Origin: Fidelibacterota bacterium
GTDB lineage: Bacteria > Fidelibacterota > Marinisomatia > Marinisomatales > TCS55
Reading direction: 5' to 3'
DNA: 64,000 bases
NCBI GenBank assembly: GCA_046861385.1
Contig: JBHHTW010000004.1
Location: 1-64,000, forward strand
Shown here: positions 42,827 through 52,885 of the stretch, piece after piece
Layout of the letters: every line of letters begins with the position of its first letter
Numbering within the stretch: position 1 is the stretch's first letter
Position numbers and translations under genes: made by a program
Notes under the pieces: model-generated
What the model was told of the DNA's origin: nothing
Databases searched by the model: none
What the model saw: the letters and a program-made list of their open reading frames with translations, nothing else

Positions 42827-42831
42827 TCTTC

Positions 42832-43287
42832 CTACTCTTGGTTTCTACTTTGGTTTGAAATATACTCAAGCTTGGATTGGAGTTCATCGCTAAACATGGT
42901 GACATCTTTTTGTTGGAAAATATTGATGATTTCATTTTTCGCACTTACCCATTCCTTATGAATCGGACAAGGATGATCATCGGAGCAGTAAGGAAATCCC
43001 AACATACATCCGTCCAAAAAACCGTCTCCATCAATAATCCGAACAATGGTATTCAGGGTAACTTTACCTGCATTCTTATTAATTATAAACCCACCATTGA
43101 TTCCTTTATGAGAGATAACTAAATCATGTTTTACAAGTATTTGCAATACTTTACCAAGAAAATGATTGGGGATATTTAATGCACGGGCAATATCTCTTTG
43201 AAAAACAGCGTGATTTTGCGGTTGTGCCGCTAAAAACATGACGGCTTGTATTGCATATTGCGATGATTTCGATAAAAAATTTGTCAT
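42832..43287 (-). CDS. Rrf2-family transcriptional regulator
   Basis: SQYAIQA, FLGKVLQ, GINGG and CMLGFPYCSDDHPCPIH motifs. Confidence 0.92.
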   Translation of the reverse strand: MTNFLSKSSQYAIQAVMFLAAQPQNHAVFQRDIARALNIPNHFLGKVLQILVKHDLVISHKGINGGFIINKNAGKVTLNTIVRIIDGDGFLDGCMLGFPYCSDDHPCPIHKEWVSAKNEIINIFQQKDVTMFSDELQSKLEYISNQSRNQE

Positions 43288-43521
43288 TATTTTCTGTCTA
43301 AAGACAATCAGACCTTAATGTCCGATAGTCAATATTAAGATATTAAAAATACGATCATCAAGATTTATTTTTATTTTTTTAAAACATTTTTTCATCAATT
43401 TTAACTCAGTAAATATTTTATGATTATTTTATTCAAATTATATGGTTATACTTCCCATTTTTTGCTATATAGGATATAAAAAATGTTGTGTTTAGTCTAA
43501 AATTATTTAAGAAATTCTATT

Positions 43522-44091
43522 ATGATTCCCGTTTCTGCATTTATCCTTATCGGTGGTAACAGCAAGCGGTTTGGTTCTCCCAAATGGCAGGCGAAAATCA
43601 AGGATATATCAGTATTAGATATAATTTGGAAGACATGTGAAATATTTCAATCGAGATACATTATTGGAAAAGAATCGCCGGATGAATGCCAAAAGCCCTT
43701 TCTAGAGGATCTTTTGGAGATTCAAGCCCCTATCAATGGATTATACACTGCCCTGTCCCATTCAAAAACAGATTGGATTTTTCTTATCTCCTGTGACTTG
43801 CCATTAACCAACCAAACTATTTTACAAGAATTACATGATAAAAATAATCATCATGCTGATGTGATTATTCCCCTAATCAATAAAAGAGCGCAAGTAACCT
43901 GTGCGTTCTATCATAAAAGAATATTATCCTTCGTCACCCATCGTATTTCACAGAAAAAATACAGCCTAACAGACTTAGTCGAATCTATTAATACTCAATG
44001 GATCAATATGGATCATTATGAAATTGAATTCACAAATATGAACACCAGAAAAGATTATGAAACCATCCGGGAAATATTAAAAGCACCTTAA
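43522..44091 (+). CDS. mobA: Molybdenum cofactor guanylyltransferase
   Basis: ILIGGNSKRFGSPK, SCDLP and NMNT motifs. Confidence 0.88.
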   Translation: MIPVSAFILIGGNSKRFGSPKWQAKIKDISVLDIIWKTCEIFQSRYIIGKESPDECQKPFLEDLLEIQAPINGLYTALSHSKTDWIFLISCDLPLTNQTILQELHDKNNHHADVIIPLINKRAQVTCAFYHKRILSFVTHRISQKKYSLTDLVESINTQWINMDHYEIEFTNMNTRKDYETIREILKAP

Positions 44092-44197
44092 ATTATGTGA
44101 GTGAATTCTTTGAGTTAATTGGTGACAATATTCGTTATACATTTAATCAAATTATGGACGAGAAATAAAATTATTTGAGAGAATTAAGGTATTCAAC

Positions 44198-45100
44198 ATG
44201 AGTTTAGATAAATATTCTTACGAAAGAATTATTGATAATCTTCACGACGGATTATACTTTGTTGATAAAAACAGAGTCATCACCTACTGGAACAGGGCGG
44301 CAGAACAAATTTCCGGTTTTTCTTCAGAAGAAGTGGTGGGCCGGTCCTGTGCCGATAATATCCTGACCCATATAGACAGCGACGGCAATAATCTCTGTAC
44401 GGGCATCTGTCCCCTGGCAGCAACCATATTAGACAAACAACCTCGGGAAACGGAAATTTATATGCATCACAAGGATGGGCACCGGATTCCCGTTTCTGTT
44501 CGGGTCAGTGCTTTGACCAATGCGGCCGGAAAGGTGTTGGGAGGAGTCGAATTATTTACCGATATCAGTAACCAGTCGGCCAACCAGCTGAGAGTGAAAG
44601 AGCTCGAAAAATTAGCCTTGCTCGATAACCTGACTCAGCTGGCAAACAGAAATTATATTGAAAAAGAAATTCATGGGAGGTTTGAAGAGAAAAAACGGTT
44701 AAATGTCCCTTTTGGAATTTTATTCATGGATATTGACCATTTTAAGAATTTTAATGATACCTATGGTCATGATGTGGGAGATAAAGTACTACAATTCGTC
44801 GCCAATACATTCGTATCCAACTCCCGGCCTTACGATCTTTACGGACGCTGGGGCGGAGAAGAATTTTTGGGTATTATCCGGAATATTACAGCCCCGGACC
44901 TTGAACACCTTGGGAATAAAGTCCGGTCTTTGATTGAACATTCCTACATATCCCATGGAGATAATAAACTCAATGTCACTATTTCCATTGGCGCTACACT
45001 CGTAAAAGCAGACGATACCATTGAAAGCGTCATCAAACGGGCAGACACCTTACTCTATCAAAGCAAAGCAGCCGGAAGAAACAGACTGGTACTTGGGTAA
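44198..45100 (+). CDS. PAS-GGDEF diguanylate cyclase
   Basis: PAS (YWNRAAEQISG), DIDHFK, RxxD I-site (RPYD) and RWGGEEF. Confidence 0.92.
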   Translation: MSLDKYSYERIIDNLHDGLYFVDKNRVITYWNRAAEQISGFSSEEVVGRSCADNILTHIDSDGNNLCTGICPLAATILDKQPRETEIYMHHKDGHRIPVSVRVSALTNAAGKVLGGVELFTDISNQSANQLRVKELEKLALLDNLTQLANRNYIEKEIHGRFEEKKRLNVPFGILFMDIDHFKNFNDTYGHDVGDKVLQFVANTFVSNSRPYDLYGRWGGEEFLGIIRNITAPDLEHLGNKVRSLIEHSYISHGDNKLNVTISIGATLVKADDTIESVIKRADTLLYQSKAAGRNRLVLG

Positions 45101-45219
45101 TTTCCAGTTAATGATAAACATAATAACAATTAATTGAAATGTCAGCTGAAGGTGTTTATTAGTGTTGATACTGATATAGGCTCCCTGGCCATAGTCGATT
45201 TAATGAATGGATAGGAACA

Positions 45220-45657
45220 TCACCTGTCCAGTTTTTCAATCCGCCGCTGGTGCCTCCCCCCTTCAAAGGGTTCCTTCAGCCATAATTCAATAATACGAAA
45301 AATGTCAGATTCCGTCATAAAGCGGGCTCCTAAAGACAGGACATTGGCATCATTGTGTTGGCGGGATAATCTGACAATTTCATCCGGTCCGTTATAAAAA
45401 ACCGCAGTCCGAACACCTTTAATCCGGTTTGCAGCCATGGCCTCCCCCTGCCCCGATCCGCCTAAAATAATGCCTTTACTTTCTGGATCAGACGCCACTG
45501 CTTTTGCGCAGGGAATTATAAAATCAGGGTAGTCATCCTGGGAATCAAATTCAAATGCGCCATGGTCCGTCACCTCATGGCTTTTTTCAGTTAAATATGA
45601 TTTGATGGCATTTTTAAGTTCCAGGCCTGCGTGGTCAGTTGCTAAATGTATTTTCAT
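45220..45657 (-). CDS. rpiB: Ribose-5-phosphate isomerase B family
   Basis: DHAG, DDYP, GGSGQGE, HNDAN and GGRHQRR motifs. Confidence 0.92.
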   Translation of the reverse strand: MKIHLATDHAGLELKNAIKSYLTEKSHEVTDHGAFEFDSQDDYPDFIIPCAKAVASDPESKGIILGGSGQGEAMAANRIKGVRTAVFYNGPDEIVRLSRQHNDANVLSLGARFMTESDIFRIIELWLKEPFEGGRHQRRIEKLDR

Positions 45658-45720
45658 ATTTTTTATGTGTTACGGTGTTGAAGTGTTTAAGTTGGGTATC
45701 TTTGGAAAGTATCGTGTTTA

Positions 45721-47748
45721 TCATAGTAATTTTTTCAGGTGGTTCCTGATTTTTTCTTCTACCTGATCCGGTGTAAACCCGAATTCCTTTTCCAGGTCAT
45801 TGGCCGGAGCAGAAGCGCCATAATGATCCAATCCGATGGAAAGTCCGGCCGGACCTATAAACCGTTCCCAGCCGAGAGTGATACCAGCTTCCATAGATAT
45901 TTTCATACAACCTCTGGATGGAATAACAGTTTCCCGGTAATCTTCTGGTTGATCCAGAAATAATTCCCAGCAGGGCAGACTGACAATCCGGATTCTTTTA
46001 TCTTTCATGACTTCAGCGGTGGAAACGGCCAGTGAAACTTCCGAGCCAGTGGCAATGAAGACCAGCTCAGGATGACCATTGCAATCCTGATAAATATAAC
46101 CGCCCCTATGAATCCCTGCCTTTATTTTCTCAAGTGGTAAATTCGAAACAGGTACGCCCTGGCGGGTTAACAATAATGCAGACGGTGCTTTTTTTAATTG
46201 TAATGCTTTTTCAAAACAGGCGGCTGTTTCTTTGGCGTCAGCGGGGCGGAATACATAAAAGTTCGGGATAGTGCGAAGTGCCATGGTATGTTCTACCGGT
46301 TGATGGGTCGGACCGTCCTCCCCCACATAAAAAGAATCGTGGGTAAATTCATGAATTGCCCGCACTTTCTGCAACGCTCCCAATCGGAGGGCAGGTCGGG
46401 AATAATCGGAAAAAACAAGAAACGTTCCCCCAAAAGGAATCACTCCTCCGTGTAAACTCATGCCATTTATCATGGCAGCCACGGGAAATTCCCGAACCCC
46501 AAAAGCAAAATTTCGGCCGCTAGGATTTGTTTTCGAAAAATCGCCATATTTTTTTGCAAAATTTCCTGTGTAATTAGACGGTTCCAGATCGGCAGATCCC
46601 CCCACCAGGTGGGGAAGCTGTTTGGCAAAGGACTCCAGGACACTACCAAAGGCTTTCCGGGTGGCTACCGATGTTCCTTCTTCAAATTCCGGATACACCA
46701 ACGAAGGTATCTCGTCTCCAATAGCCAGTTTCCAATTGTCATGAAAAGATTCATTCCCCTGAGCAGATTTTAATGTATTTTTCCATTCAGTAACGGATAG
46801 TCTCAATGGTTCAAACCGGGACTGAAAATGAGCAATACATTGTTCCGGTACATAGAAGGATTTTTCCGGTAAATTCCATTTTTCTTTGGTGGCTGAAATC
46901 TCTTCATGAGGCAGAGGTGCACCATGGGTTTGATAATCCCCCTCCATGTTGGCGGTTCCCCTGGCCATCACTGTTTTACCAATGATGATACTGGGCTGAA
47001 GAATGACTTGTGCTTTTTCAATGGCGTCCCTGATCGCCGCATGATCGTGGCCGTTAATCTCCTGGACATGCCAGTTGAAACCTTCAAATACCATCGACAT
47101 TTGCGTTGAATCGGACCGACTTACCTTTCCGGAAATTTGGGCATCATTGGCATCGTAGTACAGGATCAGATTCGATAATTCCCAATGCCCGGCTAAGGCG
47201 GCTGCTCCTAAGGCCACCGGTTCCTGGAGGTCTCCATCGCCGCATAAAACATAAGTGAAGTGGGTAAAAAGTTCTTCTGCCTTATCGGATGTTTTTATAA
47301 ATAATTCTTTCACGACCGTTTCCGCCACCGCCATTCCAACTCCCATACAAACCCCCTGTCCCAGAGGACCTGAAGTGGCTTCCACTCCTTTGAGATCCAC
47401 CTCCGGGTGGCCGGGGGTCCGGCTTCCAAACTGACGGAAATTTTTTATTTCATTCAGAGGTAGCCAACCCATGAAATGAAGAAGTGAATAGAGAAGCATG
47501 GACTCATGACCGGCAGAAAGAATAAACCGATCCCGATTGAACCATTGGTCGTCATCTGGATCAAACCGTAGATATTCCTTAAACAGAATATAGGCAAAAT
47601 CAGCAGAAGATAAGGGACCTCCCGAATGGCCGGAGTTGGCATTCCGCACGCCATCTAAAATTAGCGATTTGATAACATTAAGTGTAAATTGGTCCTTCTC
47701 TTCCATGGTCCAGGATTCAAAAGAATTCACCTCTTTATACGTTTTCAT
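45721..47748 (-). CDS. tkt: Transketolase
   Basis: NSGH, RDRFILSAGH, GDGDLQE and GEDGPTHQP motifs. Confidence 0.96.
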   Translation of the reverse strand: MKTYKEVNSFESWTMEEKDQFTLNVIKSLILDGVRNANSGHSGGPLSSADFAYILFKEYLRFDPDDDQWFNRDRFILSAGHESMLLYSLLHFMGWLPLNEIKNFRQFGSRTPGHPEVDLKGVEATSGPLGQGVCMGVGMAVAETVVKELFIKTSDKAEELFTHFTYVLCGDGDLQEPVALGAAALAGHWELSNLILYYDANDAQISGKVSRSDSTQMSMVFEGFNWHVQEINGHDHAAIRDAIEKAQVILQPSIIIGKTVMARGTANMEGDYQTHGAPLPHEEISATKEKWNLPEKSFYVPEQCIAHFQSRFEPLRLSVTEWKNTLKSAQGNESFHDNWKLAIGDEIPSLVYPEFEEGTSVATRKAFGSVLESFAKQLPHLVGGSADLEPSNYTGNFAKKYGDFSKTNPSGRNFAFGVREFPVAAMINGMSLHGGVIPFGGTFLVFSDYSRPALRLGALQKVRAIHEFTHDSFYVGEDGPTHQPVEHTMALRTIPNFYVFRPADAKETAACFEKALQLKKAPSALLLTRQGVPVSNLPLEKIKAGIHRGGYIYQDCNGHPELVFIATGSEVSLAVSTAEVMKDKRIRIVSLPCWELFLDQPEDYRETVIPSRGCMKISMEAGITLGWERFIGPAGLSIGLDHYGASAPANDLEKEFGFTPDQVEEKIRNHLKKLL

Positions 47749-48404
47749 TTGGTATCCAGAGATGTAAATGTTTTCATGATACTCATTGGATTATCGGCGT
47801 TAAAAATTTCTGAACCGACCACTAGAATTTCAGCCCCGGCATCCAATACTTCTTTTGCATTAATGAGTTTAATGCCCCCATCCACTTCAATATTTACACG
47901 ATCTTCCAGACGGTGTTCAATCAAAAGTTGATTCAATTTTTCAATTTTATCCAACGATTCCGGAATAAATCCCTGGCCTCCAAATCCGGGCTCAACACTC
48001 ATAATCAGCACCAGATCCACTTGGTCTATGTATGCTTCAATATCGGACAGTGGCGTTTTTGGTTTCAAAGAAATCCCCACATTTTTTCCAGTATCCCGAA
48101 TCAACTGGATGATATCCTCAGGCCGATCGGTCGCTTCAATATGAAACGTGATATTATCAGCTCCTGCAAAAGCAAATGATTCCACTAGTTTTTCCGGTTG
48201 AACCACCATCATATGAACATCAATCACTTTTTTTGTTAAGGGACGTAAGGATTTCACCACAGGAGGACCGATGGTGAGATTAGGAACAAATTGGTTGTCC
48301 ATGACATCTACATGAATCCAATGAGCCCCTCCTGCCCTGCATTGGTCCATTGCCTCTGCCAGGTAAGCAAAATTCGCCGATAAAATGGATGGAGCCAGTT
48401 TCAT
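47745..48404 (-). CDS. rpe: Ribulose-phosphate 3-epimerase
   Basis: APSILSA, HVDVMD, MSVEPGFGGQ and VDGG motifs. Confidence 0.96.
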   Translation of the reverse strand: MKLAPSILSANFAYLAEAMDQCRAGGAHWIHVDVMDNQFVPNLTIGPPVVKSLRPLTKKVIDVHMMVVQPEKLVESFAFAGADNITFHIEATDRPEDIIQLIRDTGKNVGISLKPKTPLSDIEAYIDQVDLVLIMSVEPGFGGQGFIPESLDKIEKLNQLLIEHRLEDRVNIEVDGGIKLINAKEVLDAGAEILVVGSEIFNADNPMSIMKTFTSLDTK

Positions 48405-48564
48405 TCAAAACCACCTTTTAATATTAAAATTAATCCCAATATTTATTTTCCAGACTTTATTAAGTTAAATGAATTATTTTTTTGAATTTAAATTACCATA
48501 AAATTTATTCCATCCACTGTCCAAAGGCACATTATATTTCTAATCAATTTATCACGCATATCCC

Positions 48565-49260
48565 ATGACTACAACCAAACAGCCAAAAAAAATATCCGCC
48601 ATTATTTTTGATTTGGACGGTACACTTCTTGATACATTGGAAGATATCGCCCAATCCATGAATCGTGTATTGAAACGTCACGGTTATGCCGCCCATCCGG
48701 TTGAAGATTACAGAGTTTTTGTTGGAGAGGGATTAAAGCCTTTGGCTGAAAAAGCTATTCAGCAGAGTGCCCATTCGGAGGAGTCGGCAGACGAATTGTA
48801 TGAAGAATTATTTAAAGAATATGAATTATCTATGGAACATCATACCACCTGTTATGAAGGAATTCATGAGATGCTGGATGATTTATTTTCAAAACAAATT
48901 CCCATGGCAATTCTTTCCAATAAACAGGATCATTTGACTCAAAAACTTGCCAAAACCTATTTATCCAAATGGCCTTTCAGAATCATCAGTGGATCCCATA
49001 AGAATTATCCCAAAAAACCCAACGCTGCCCTGGCATTAGACATTGCCAATCGGTTGGGAGGAAAAAATGAAGAGTGTATATTTATTGGTGATACGGAAAC
49101 GGATATTCAGACAGCCAAAAATGGGGGAATGTTTTCAATCGGTGCGGAGTGGGGGTTTAGAAACAAAGAAATATTATTAAATGCAGGCGCTGATTTTATT
49201 GCAGAAAAACCGGGAGAAATTTCAGAATTTATTTCAGGGTATTATCCGAATAATGAATAA
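48565..49260 (+). CDS. HAD-family hydrolase (phosphoglycolate phosphatase-like)
   Basis: IFDLDGTL, SNK, KKP and IGD motifs. Confidence 0.9.
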   Translation: MTTTKQPKKISAIIFDLDGTLLDTLEDIAQSMNRVLKRHGYAAHPVEDYRVFVGEGLKPLAEKAIQQSAHSEESADELYEELFKEYELSMEHHTTCYEGIHEMLDDLFSKQIPMAILSNKQDHLTQKLAKTYLSKWPFRIISGSHKNYPKKPNAALALDIANRLGGKNEECIFIGDTETDIQTAKNGGMFSIGAEWGFRNKEILLNAGADFIAEKPGEISEFISGYYPNNE

Positions 49261-49269
49261 AAATGAATT

Positions 49270-50445
49270 TTAATTCGTAATCTCCCTGAATACGCGCTTA
49301 AAATTCCCACCAAGAATTTTCTGGACGTCCGATTTAGAAAATCCTCTGGCCAATAACTTTTCAGTAATAACCGGAAGGTTGGTCACATCCTCCATACCGG
49401 TTGGCATCACTTCTACCCCGTCCCAGTCGGCCCCCAGGCCAACATGATCTATGCCCATGACCATGGATAAATAGGCAATATGATCGATGATCATATCTAC
49501 GGAAGGTGCTACTTTTTGTAAGGCCGGTAGTAACATTTGATTTTCTTTATACCAATATTCGTCACCATCGGGATCATAAAGGGCTGAAAGAGAATCAATT
49601 TGAGGTTGAAACGATTCCCGGATCACTTTCGCTTTTTCCCGGAAAGTACTGTCAATATAAGATGGATAATAATTCACAAAAACAACACCGCCAATTTCTT
49701 TAATAGCAATCAATTGGTCATCTTTTAAATTTCTGAAATGAGGGCAGAGATAATAGGCAGATGAATGGGAAGCAATAATGGGTTTGGTGGTTGTATGAAT
49801 AATATCCCAAAACGTTTTTTCACCTGAGTGAGAAACATCCACCATAATTCCCAATTCATTGCAACGACGAATAACTTCTTTTCCAAAACCGGTTAATCCA
49901 ATAAATGCCAGGGAATCTTTGTTCAGTGTTTCGTCTTTTGCAGAAGTGGCCCAATCGGTCGAATTATTCCACGTAATACTGAGATATCTCATTCCTCGGG
50001 AATACAATGAATCCAAATTAATCAATTTATTTTCAATGGCATGGCCTCCTTCCACACCAATCATACATGAAAGAACCCCCCGTTGATCATTATAAATAAT
50101 TTCCTGATAATTTCTGGTAATGGACCATTTTCCTCCAGTTTGATCACATAAATTTTCCAGATGGGTAATCATTTTATTTGCCTGTTCAAAAGAGTCCTCC
50201 GGTTTAAATTCATATGGACTCACCCAAACAGAGAAAATTTCCAGATCCATTCCCCCTTTTTGAAACTTGACTAAATCCGATTGACTGTCTGGAAGTTCGG
50301 TTAAAATATCCTCGCCAATCATAGACCGGAGCAATACATCATTATGGGTATCTGCCACAAAAGAATTGAAATGAAATTCCTTATTACTGATCTTGCAGGA
50401 GTTCAAGAATAAAAGGATCATGATGGAATATATTAATTGTTTCAT
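49270..50445 (-). CDS. M19 membrane dipeptidase, probable lipoprotein
   Basis: LNSC lipobox; DTHND, GVEG, VDVSH, IASHS and GADWDG motifs. Confidence 0.9.
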   Translation of the reverse strand: MKQLIYSIMILLFLNSCKISNKEFHFNSFVADTHNDVLLRSMIGEDILTELPDSQSDLVKFQKGGMDLEIFSVWVSPYEFKPEDSFEQANKMITHLENLCDQTGGKWSITRNYQEIIYNDQRGVLSCMIGVEGGHAIENKLINLDSLYSRGMRYLSITWNNSTDWATSAKDETLNKDSLAFIGLTGFGKEVIRRCNELGIMVDVSHSGEKTFWDIIHTTTKPIIASHSSAYYLCPHFRNLKDDQLIAIKEIGGVVFVNYYPSYIDSTFREKAKVIRESFQPQIDSLSALYDPDGDEYWYKENQMLLPALQKVAPSVDMIIDHIAYLSMVMGIDHVGLGADWDGVEVMPTGMEDVTNLPVITEKLLARGFSKSDVQKILGGNFKRVFREITN

Positions 50446-50462
50446 TCTGTAAATCATCACAG

Positions 50463-50792
50463 TCACTCCTTTTTATTTTCCCATAAGTTGAATACTAAAT
50501 CGTATGGATCACGCATATAACAGTCATTTCCTTTTCCTTCCCATTTAACAACTGTACATCCATTATTTACTAAATATTTTCTGGCGGTTTCAACATCATA
50601 AACGCTGAATTCTATCACCGTTCCCCGTAAATTACCATTTTCCATGATATATAAATTCATATCACCGCTTTGAATATGAAGATGGTTTTCTTCATTTTTT
50701 GTATCCAAATCCATCACATTTTTATAAAACAATTCTGATTCCCTCCAGTCCGGATGCTGAAGAGCGATTTGATGGCTCATTTCAAATTTCAT
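50463..50792 (-). CDS. VOC/glyoxalase family protein
   Basis: HQIAL...FYKNV...YMRDPYDLVFNL; start MKFEM at 50792. Confidence 0.75.
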   Translation of the reverse strand: MKFEMSHQIALQHPDWRESELFYKNVMDLDTKNEENHLHIQSGDMNLYIMENGNLRGTVIEFSVYDVETARKYLVNNGCTVVKWEGKGNDCYMRDPYDLVFNLWENKKE

Positions 50793-50793
50793 A

Positions 50794-51441
50794 TTAATCT
50801 CCCATTGATTTAGCCAATTGTGCAAAACTTTCAGAAAAATTTTCTTCAGAAACAAATATGGGCGCTTGGTAACGAATGGTAATATCTGAAAAGAAAAATG
50901 GAATTCGTTTTTTATCCCATTGATACCAAATACGAAAAGAATGACTGCATTCGACCCGAACGGGGATAATGGGGGCTCCGGACTGCATCGACATATGCAG
51001 AACACCTTTTTTAATCACTTTAACAGGACCTTCCGGGCCATCGGGTGTAATGCAGCAAGCGTACCCCTTTTTAACTTCCTCAACAATTTTATCAGCCGCC
51101 TCTCTACCGCTATGTCCGGCTGAACCTAAAATAACTTTCACACCTTGCCATCGCAAAGCCAATATGATCTTATACATAAACCACAATGGATGACTAAACT
51201 GAACGTAATGATCCACATTTTTCTGCGCTAACCAATACATAGGCCCTTTATAATGCCAAATAGATTCGATTCGAGAAGGATATGGTTTAACAAATTCCAG
51301 TCCTTCAAAATGAATCGTGCAGGAATGCAAAACTCCCCATCGATAAAACGTAATCAGTAGAGCGCCCATATAAGAAGACAGGTAGTAAAATGGCTTGAAC
51401 CATAAGGGAATTTTAGTCACTTCATAATTCAATTTGAACAT
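50794..51441 (-). CDS. DUF374/lysophospholipid acyltransferase family protein
   Basis: WH, GS...GREA, TPDGPEGP and WDK...PF motifs. Confidence 0.8.
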   Translation of the reverse strand: MFKLNYEVTKIPLWFKPFYYLSSYMGALLITFYRWGVLHSCTIHFEGLEFVKPYPSRIESIWHYKGPMYWLAQKNVDHYVQFSHPLWFMYKIILALRWQGVKVILGSAGHSGREAADKIVEEVKKGYACCITPDGPEGPVKVIKKGVLHMSMQSGAPIIPVRVECSHSFRIWYQWDKKRIPFFFSDITIRYQAPIFVSEENFSESFAQLAKSMGD

Positions 51442-51474
51442 CTTAAATATCGTATGAAATCACGTATTGTTTTT

Positions 51475-51831
51475 TCAACCTCTAATCTCTTTTAACTGAA
51501 CCCAAGTTTTCTCTGATGCCGCCAATCGTTCTACTACTCTATCGCTTATTATTGTTGTATTAAATATTTCTTCTACATCGTTTAATGACACGTGAGTATA
51601 CCAAATATTATCAGGATAAATGACCAAGGCAGCACCCATTTCACAGGCATCCAGACATCCGCTCTTATTGGCTCTCACTATTCCTTTTAATCCATGTTGA
51701 TTAATAAGTTGGATGAATTTTAATCGGATTTCATTCCCTCCGCAACGGGCACAGTCTCCTTTAGGGTTATCCGGTGAACGTTCATTGATACAGATAAAGA
51801 TATGTTTTTTGTATTTTGGTTGGTTAGTCAT
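51475..51831 (-). CDS. Thioredoxin-like [2Fe-2S] ferredoxin
   Basis: HIFICINER, RANKSGCLDAC and IYPDNIWY motifs. Confidence 0.88.
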   Translation of the reverse strand: MTNQPKYKKHIFICINERSPDNPKGDCARCGGNEIRLKFIQLINQHGLKGIVRANKSGCLDACEMGAALVIYPDNIWYTHVSLNDVEEIFNTTIISDRVVERLAASEKTWVQLKEIRG

Positions 51832-51872
51832 TGATGTCTTTATTAGTTAAAACCATTTAATTGTAATTAATT

Positions 51873-52649
51873 TTATAAACCAAATCGTGCTCCGTCAACA
51901 GGAAAATCAGCCCCTGTAATATATCCTGATGCATCAGAGGCTAAAAAGGCGATCGCTGATGCTGTTTCTTCCGGTTGACCGATCCTGCGTAAAGAAACTT
52001 TTTTAGCCGTCAGCTCTACCATTTCATCGTAACGAATTCCATTTTCTTTTGCCTGATTTTGTAAAAGGTCTTTCAATCGATCCGTATCTGTGTACCCCGG
52101 TAAAATATTGTTTACTGTAATGTCATATTCACCTAACTCCAAAGCCAAAGTTTTTGCCCATTGCGCCACCGCTCCCCGGATGGTGTTGGAGATACCCAAA
52201 CCTGGAATCACTTGCATCACCGACATGGATATAATATTAATGATCCTGCCATGACCCAATTCCTTCATTCCCGGGACAACTACTTGAGCCAAGAATTGAT
52301 TGGAGATAACATGGCGATTAAAAGCAGCTTGAAATTCTTCTGCTTTCCCTTCAATAAGTGGGCCACCCTTAGGACCGCCCGTATTATTGATCAAAATATG
52401 AACCGGTCCTGTATCATTAATATGGTTCTCTGCTTTCTTCATAAGGTCATCTGGGTCGTTGAAATCAGCACAAATAAAACTATGTCCGTGCCCGGATAAT
52501 TTGTGCATTACTGACACAATTTTCTCCTGATTTCTCGCAGCCAATATAATCGAAGCTCCTCGTTCTGCCAATAACTGGGCAGTTGCTTTTCCAATACCGT
52601 CTGTGCTGCCGCAGACTAAGGCTCGTTTTCCTTTCAGGTTAAGATTCAT
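51873..52649 (-). CDS. SDR family oxidoreductase
   Basis: GSTDGIG, NNTGGP, SNTIR and YITG motifs. Confidence 0.9.
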   Translation of the reverse strand: MNLNLKGKRALVCGSTDGIGKATAQLLAERGASIILAARNQEKIVSVMHKLSGHGHSFICADFNDPDDLMKKAENHINDTGPVHILINNTGGPKGGPLIEGKAEEFQAAFNRHVISNQFLAQVVVPGMKELGHGRIINIISMSVMQVIPGLGISNTIRGAVAQWAKTLALELGEYDITVNNILPGYTDTDRLKDLLQNQAKENGIRYDEMVELTAKKVSLRRIGQPEETASAIAFLASDASGYITGADFPVDGARFGL

Positions 52650-52759
52650 ATCTGTTTTTGGGTTGAACAATTCTGATAAGTGTATTTGAGGAATAAATTC
52701 GAGGTAGGATTTGGAAATTCATAATCTGGAAATTATAACAATTTTTCGTTAATAGTGAG

Positions 52760-52834
52760 AGGTTACTGGTGGACTGACTGAATTCCACCATCCGGAACCA
52801 AACCGGGGTATCATGCAGCGAGTAACCTGATACT
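52760..52834 (+). ncRNA. Candidate structured RNA (multi-stem with possible pseudoknot), family unknown
   Basis: Four helices in 75 nt; GC-rich within an AT-rich spacer; G-U pairs favour the + strand. Confidence 0.4.
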
Positions 52835-52885
52835 ACTCTTCAGAAACAAAATGTATTAACTTCCGCCCCATTTATAGGATAAATA

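Noticed and set aside
52760-52834. tRNA-Pro (minus-strand cloverleaf with TTTGGTT loop), or hammerhead/twister ribozyme
   Set aside because: No TTCRA T-loop, D-arm or CCA. CTGACTGA sits in a hairpin loop with no GAAA partner, and the twister core order is not met.
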